From: Bacteroidota bacterium
GTDB taxonomy: Bacteria > Bacteroidota > Ignavibacteria > UBA10030
Reading direction: 5' to 3'
Length of the DNA: 63,397 nucleotides
NCBI GenBank assembly: GCA_016928255.1
Contig: JAFGLB010000076.1
Location: 1 to 63,397 of the forward strand
Positions 59,653-63,397 of this stretch are shown in pieces; position 1 is the first letter of the stretch; each line of letters begins with the position of its first letter. Both the position numbers and the translations under genes were made by a program. The notes under the pieces were generated by a model. It was not told where the DNA came from and made no database searches. It saw only the letters and a list, made by a program, of their open reading frames with translations.

Positions 59653-60015
59653 ATGGCAGAGCAGCTGACAAAAGACGGATTTCTTCAAAAAATTTTTAAT
59701 TACGAACAGAACAAGGAATGGAAATACGAGGGTGAAGTTCCCGCAGTAATTGATTTCTGGGCGCCATGGTGCGGTCCTTGCCGGATGGTAGGTCCGATTA
59801 TTGATGAATTGTCCCAGGAATATGCCGGGAAAGTCAATTTCTATAAGGTAAATGTTGACGACGAGCAGGAACTTGCAGGTATATTTGGTATCCGCAGTAT
59901 TCCTTCCATGCTGTTTGTTCCAAAAGAAGGCAAACCGAAAATGGCGGTTGGCGCACTGCCGAAGGAAGCGCTTAAGGATGCAATTAGAGAAGAATTGAAT
60001 GTCTCAATTAACTGA
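59653..60015 (+). CDS. trxA: thioredoxin
   Basis: VIDFWAPWCGPCRMVGP...YKVNVDDEQELA..FGIRSIPS. Confidence 0.92.
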   Translation: MAEQLTKDGFLQKIFNYEQNKEWKYEGEVPAVIDFWAPWCGPCRMVGPIIDELSQEYAGKVNFYKVNVDDEQELAGIFGIRSIPSMLFVPKEGKPKMAVGALPKEALKDAIREELNVSIN

Positions 60016-60021
60016 AGGATT

Positions 60022-60066
60022 CCGGCAGTCAATTAAAGAATAGAACTAATTGCCTGCCGGTTTTTT
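60022..60066 (+). terminator. rho-independent terminator
   Basis: ccggcag(tcaatta)...(taattg)cctgccgg followed by tttttt. Confidence 0.7.
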
Positions 60067-60154
60067 CTGCCCTTTTCCATCTTTTGCACTTTCCGTCCCT
60101 TTTATTTAACTTCTCTCATCCGAAAGACATTTACTATCATACCGAATTTTACAA

Positions 60155-61666
60155 ATGAATAAGCTTTCATTATACCCGGCAATTATTTTATTAGCGGTAT
60201 TTGTTTTTCTACTGCCGCTTTATGCGCAAACAGACCTGTCTGCAGAGCTCGAATCGTATATAAAAAACGTGCAGCAGCAATTCAACTCAGGAGGTATAGC
60301 CGTAGCTATTGTTAAGGATGGAAAAATTGTCCTTACAAAAGGTTACGGCATGAAGAGATCTGATCCCGGGCATCGTATAGACGAGAAATCAAAATTTTGC
60401 ATTGCTTCGAATACAAAGGCATTTACCGCAATAGCATTGGCAATGCTGGCAGAAGAGGGAAAAATTGACTTGGATACTCCTGTTGTAAAATATGCGCCAT
60501 GGCTTCGGTTGTCCGATTCAGCGGCAGCAAAAAATTTTTCTGTAAGAGACTTGCTTTCGCATCGTAGCGGTATGAAATACGGCTCAGGCAATTTACTGCT
60601 CTGGCCTTACACAACATACAGCAGAAAAGAAATAGTAAAGCGCATCCGCTGCATCCCGCTTCGGGGTAAGTTTCGGGAGACGTACGGATACAGCAATCTG
60701 CTCTACGTAGCAGCAGGCGAAATGATAGAGATGGTAAGCGGTTTATCCTGGGAGAGGTTTATAAGCGAAAGGATACTTCAAAAGGTCGGTATGTCGAACA
60801 GCTCGGTTAGCGGAACGAAAAAAGGTAAATTCAGACCATTAAAAGATAATCCCGCAGGCGGCATTTATTCAACGGCAGGTGATATGGCAAAATGGATGGT
60901 ATGCCTGCTTGATTCGGGCAGGATCAATGGAAATTCGCGTTTATATTCGGCTTCAAAAGCGCGGGAATTATGGACTCCGGTAACGGCAATATCGATCAAC
61001 GATGAAGAGCCGGAATTGCAGCAGACGCAGCCGACATTAAAAGCTTATGCATTGGGATTTCGTATTCAAGACTACCGGGGGAAAAGAATCATAGGCCATA
61101 CAGGAAGCTTAAATGGGTACGTCTCCAGAATTGCATTGATTCCAGAACTAAATCTGGGCGTCGCTGTACTGGCGGAATCGCGTACTACCGAGGTTTACCA
61201 GTCAGTTATTCACAAAATCCTTGATGATTATCTTAATGCCCCTGAGTTCAACTGGACAGAAGCATATAAAAAAGTCAAAGACAGAACAGATTCCGCTCTT
61301 GCAGCTGAAGAAAATAAAATATGGGCATTACGCGCGCGTACTGCAAATCATGACCTTCCCCTGGTTAATTATGCAGGACGATATAAAGATGACTGGTACG
61401 GAAATGTTACAATACGGATAAAGAAAAAGAAATTAGAAATAAGATTTGAACATTCTCCTTCATTATACGGTACTCTTGAGCATTATCAAAACAACACTTT
61501 TATCATACGCTGGAAACAGCTGTCAAGCCGTGCGGCCGCATTTATTACATTCGAGCTCGATCGAAATAAAAAAATTAAATATGCAACATTTATGAGGATA
61601 CTGCCTTCGGAATACAGGGCTCTGGATTTTCAGAATTTACTGCTGAAACCGGCAGGAATAAAATAA
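60155..61666 (+). CDS. serine hydrolase of the beta-lactamase/PBP4 (class C-like) family
   Basis: Signal peptide. SxxK = ASNTKAF, YSN = YGYSNLLY, HTG = IGHTGSLNG. C-terminal lipocalin-like extension. Confidence 0.85.
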   Translation: MNKLSLYPAIILLAVFVFLLPLYAQTDLSAELESYIKNVQQQFNSGGIAVAIVKDGKIVLTKGYGMKRSDPGHRIDEKSKFCIASNTKAFTAIALAMLAEEGKIDLDTPVVKYAPWLRLSDSAAAKNFSVRDLLSHRSGMKYGSGNLLLWPYTTYSRKEIVKRIRCIPLRGKFRETYGYSNLLYVAAGEMIEMVSGLSWERFISERILQKVGMSNSSVSGTKKGKFRPLKDNPAGGIYSTAGDMAKWMVCLLDSGRINGNSRLYSASKARELWTPVTAISINDEEPELQQTQPTLKAYALGFRIQDYRGKRIIGHTGSLNGYVSRIALIPELNLGVAVLAESRTTEVYQSVIHKILDDYLNAPEFNWTEAYKKVKDRTDSALAAEENKIWALRARTANHDLPLVNYAGRYKDDWYGNVTIRIKKKKLEIRFEHSPSLYGTLEHYQNNTFIIRWKQLSSRAAAFITFELDRNKKIKYATFMRILPSEYRALDFQNLLLKPAGIK

Positions 61667-61738
61667 AAGTAGAGCTCTTCTTAAAAAAGTGTGTTCATAA
61701 TCATTTATCAGAGGTACCATTCCTGAATAGAGGTGCAC

Positions 61739-62272
61739 ATGCAGAAAATATTATTTTATATAATACTAATGACAGGATTACTAATCTCCGGATGCTTTAC
61801 ACCTGCAGAGCTCAGCACAGAATCAATACCTGCAATTAAAACATTTGAATTAAACCGCTACCTGGGTAAATGGTACGAAATAGCGCGACTGCCGCATTCA
61901 TTCGAAGAAGGACTGGACAGCGTTACAGCAACATACAAACTCCGCGATGACGGCAGGATAGAAGTGCTCAATAAAGGATTTAAAACGGCAGAGGGAGAAT
62001 GGAAAGAAGCAAAAGGAAAAGCTTATATACCGGATACTTCTGCAGGTGCATTTCTTAAAGTGAGCTTCTTCTGGATATTTTACGGCGACTATAAAGTGAT
62101 TGCACTGGATACTTTGGATTATTCGTATGCAATGATTACGAGTCACTCTAAGGAATACTTATGGATCTTAAACAGATCGCCTGAAATTGATCAAGATATA
62201 TATGATAATCTTTTAAAGAAAGCAGTGAATTGGGGATTTGATATCTCAAAACTTTATAAGGTTGTTCAATAA
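61739..62272 (+). CDS. blc: bacterial lipocalin (outer-membrane lipoprotein Blc)
   Basis: MQKILFYIILMTGLLISGC carries a lipobox. FELNRYLGKWYEIARLP is the lipocalin SCR1 motif. Confidence 0.9.
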   Translation: MQKILFYIILMTGLLISGCFTPAELSTESIPAIKTFELNRYLGKWYEIARLPHSFEEGLDSVTATYKLRDDGRIEVLNKGFKTAEGEWKEAKGKAYIPDTSAGAFLKVSFFWIFYGDYKVIALDTLDYSYAMITSHSKEYLWILNRSPEIDQDIYDNLLKKAVNWGFDISKLYKVVQ

Positions 62273-62296
62273 TTCAAATATTAAAAAGGAGGTTAT

Positions 62297-63124
62297 ATGG
62301 ATCTTCAAAATAAATGCGCAATTGTTACGGGCGGTGCAATGGGGATAGGCCTGGCAGCATGCAAACGGCTTCTGGCCGAAGGCGTGAAAGTTACAGTGTG
62401 GGATATCAATCAGAATGCAATAAAAAATGCAAAAAAAGAACTCGCAAAACTTGGCAAGGTTTTTTTCTATCAGTGTGATGTAACAAATAAAACACAAGTC
62501 CGAAAACATGTCAAGATCGCTCAAAAGGATATGGACAGGATAGATATTTTAATTAATAACGCAGGTTATGTTTCGGGTGGTGGTTTTCTTGACCGCACAA
62601 TAGGGGATTGGGAAAAAACCGTTGACGTGAATTTAAATTCAATATTATATACAACATATGCCGTACTGCCGGATATGTATAAACGCAATGAAGGCCATAT
62701 CGTAAACATATCTTCAGCTGCAGGGACGATTGGAGTGGCAGGACTTGCGGTCTACACTGCTACAAAATGGGCTGTTTGGGGCTTAACAGAATCTCTCCGC
62801 ATGGAGGCAATAAATAGCGGAAAGAAGGGTGTTAAATATTCGACTGTTCATCCGGGTTACATAGCTACGGGAATGTTCGAAGGCGCTAAACTCGGCATCC
62901 CCGGCAGATGGATTGTTCCTCTTGTAAAAGATCATGATGTAATTGCAAAAGCAATTGTTGAAGATGCCCTGAAGAAGGAAAAGTATTCGCCAAAACGCCC
63001 GCGAACAATAAATATGAATCTAAGGTTCAGAGCTATGATGCCTGATCGCTGGTTCCAGCGATTCCTGATTGTAATGGGAGTTGAAGGAAGTATGAATACA
63101 TGGCATGGTAGAATTAAGAATTAA
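62297..63124 (+). CDS. SDR-family oxidoreductase
   Basis: TGGAMGIGLA (TGxxxGxG), NNAG, SSAAG...YTATKWAV (YxxxK). Confidence 0.9.
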   Translation: MDLQNKCAIVTGGAMGIGLAACKRLLAEGVKVTVWDINQNAIKNAKKELAKLGKVFFYQCDVTNKTQVRKHVKIAQKDMDRIDILINNAGYVSGGGFLDRTIGDWEKTVDVNLNSILYTTYAVLPDMYKRNEGHIVNISSAAGTIGVAGLAVYTATKWAVWGLTESLRMEAINSGKKGVKYSTVHPGYIATGMFEGAKLGIPGRWIVPLVKDHDVIAKAIVEDALKKEKYSPKRPRTINMNLRFRAMMPDRWFQRFLIVMGVEGSMNTWHGRIKN

Positions 63125-63186
63125 GAATGAAGAATGATGAATTAAGAATAAAGAATGATGAATTAAGAATTAAGAATGAAGAGAGG
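63111..63186. repeat. AT-rich aagaatgaagaatt-type repeat, locus 3 of 3 (inverted relative to loci 1 and 2)
   Basis: gaattaagaattaagaatgaagaatgatgaattaagaataaagaatgatgaattaagaattaagaatgaagagagg. It shares taagaatgaagaat with the reverse complement of 53269-53310 and overlaps the last 4 codons plus the stop of the SDR gene. Confidence 0.8.
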
Positions 63187-63264
63187 AAATATAGCTTTAG
63201 TATAAAATAGTCAGGATCAGTACTATTTGGAATTATGGAATAATTTTAAAAAAAGAGGTGCTAT

Positions 63265-63397
63265 ATGCCGAACAGGAAGAAAACAGTCTCAATCAATCCG
63301 GCTACAGGCAAGATAATTGGGCACACACCGGTAAATACAGTTGAGGAACTGGAACGCGCGGTTGCTCTGGCAAAAATTGCCCAGCACGACTGGATGC
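63265..63397 (+). CDS. aldehyde dehydrogenase family protein (3'-partial, runs off the window)
   Basis: MPNRKKTVSINPATGKIIGHTPVNTVEELERAVALAKIAQHDWM is a typical ALDH N-terminus. RBS agaggtg lies upstream. Confidence 0.7.
   Translation, partial: MPNRKKTVSINPATGKIIGHTPVNTVEELERAVALAKIAQHDWM

Overview
63.4 kb, AT-rich chromosomal window that looks like an FCB-superphylum bacterium, probably Ignavibacteria-like. The lineage guess rests on T9SS C-terminal sorting domains (NYPNPFNPSTKI...), a PorV/PorQ-like barrel, a GWxTD protein and Y_Y_Y propeller sensors, and is not proven. I call about 55 protein genes, one tRNA (initiator tRNA-fMet), several intrinsic terminators and several short repeat families. 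I saw no rRNA, CRISPR array, transposase, integrase or recognisable defence or toxin genes.

Layout:
- 1-7277: cell-surface module. It holds an OM barrel tail, a T9SS cargo, a lipoprotein, a PorV/PorQ-like barrel, an IPT/TIG propeller lipoprotein and a tandem-CBM9-like T9SS protein.
- 7371-12032: Na+/solute symporter plus a GH94 disaccharide phosphorylase.
- 12033-16677: SGNH-TPR, GWxTD, thioredoxin-like and lipoprotein genes.
- 16678-17593: 916-bp non-coding gap containing repeats.
- 17594-22684: malQ and an orphan propeller histidine kinase.
- 22973-31502: tightly coupled six-gene operon encoding a very divergent Opp/Dpp-type ABC system plus two unknown proteins.
- 31638-39436: minus-strand block of channels and transporters (2x MscS, SLC13/TrkA-C, ClC) with a GNAT-nitrilase fusion.
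- 39633-41883: hemerythrin-like gene, two unannotated mini membrane ORFs, and a YciB-like/Nudix fusion.
- 42453-49458: Pho locus (porin, pstSCAB, phoU, arsC, half-size PstS-like protein) with candidate Pho boxes.
- 49554-51977: propeller sensor-like protein lacking any transmitter.
- 53086-53779: hairpin and repeat array built around tRNA-fMet.
- 53941-63397: housekeeping genes (gap, pgk, rhomboid, ispG, Spy-like, trxA, serine hydrolase, blc, SDR, ALDH).

The most unusual sequence-level structure is the tRNA-fMet relic array. The most interesting coding candidates are the PorV/PorQ-linked surface module and the orphan ABC operon. All coordinates and motifs were read by eye and no searches were run.
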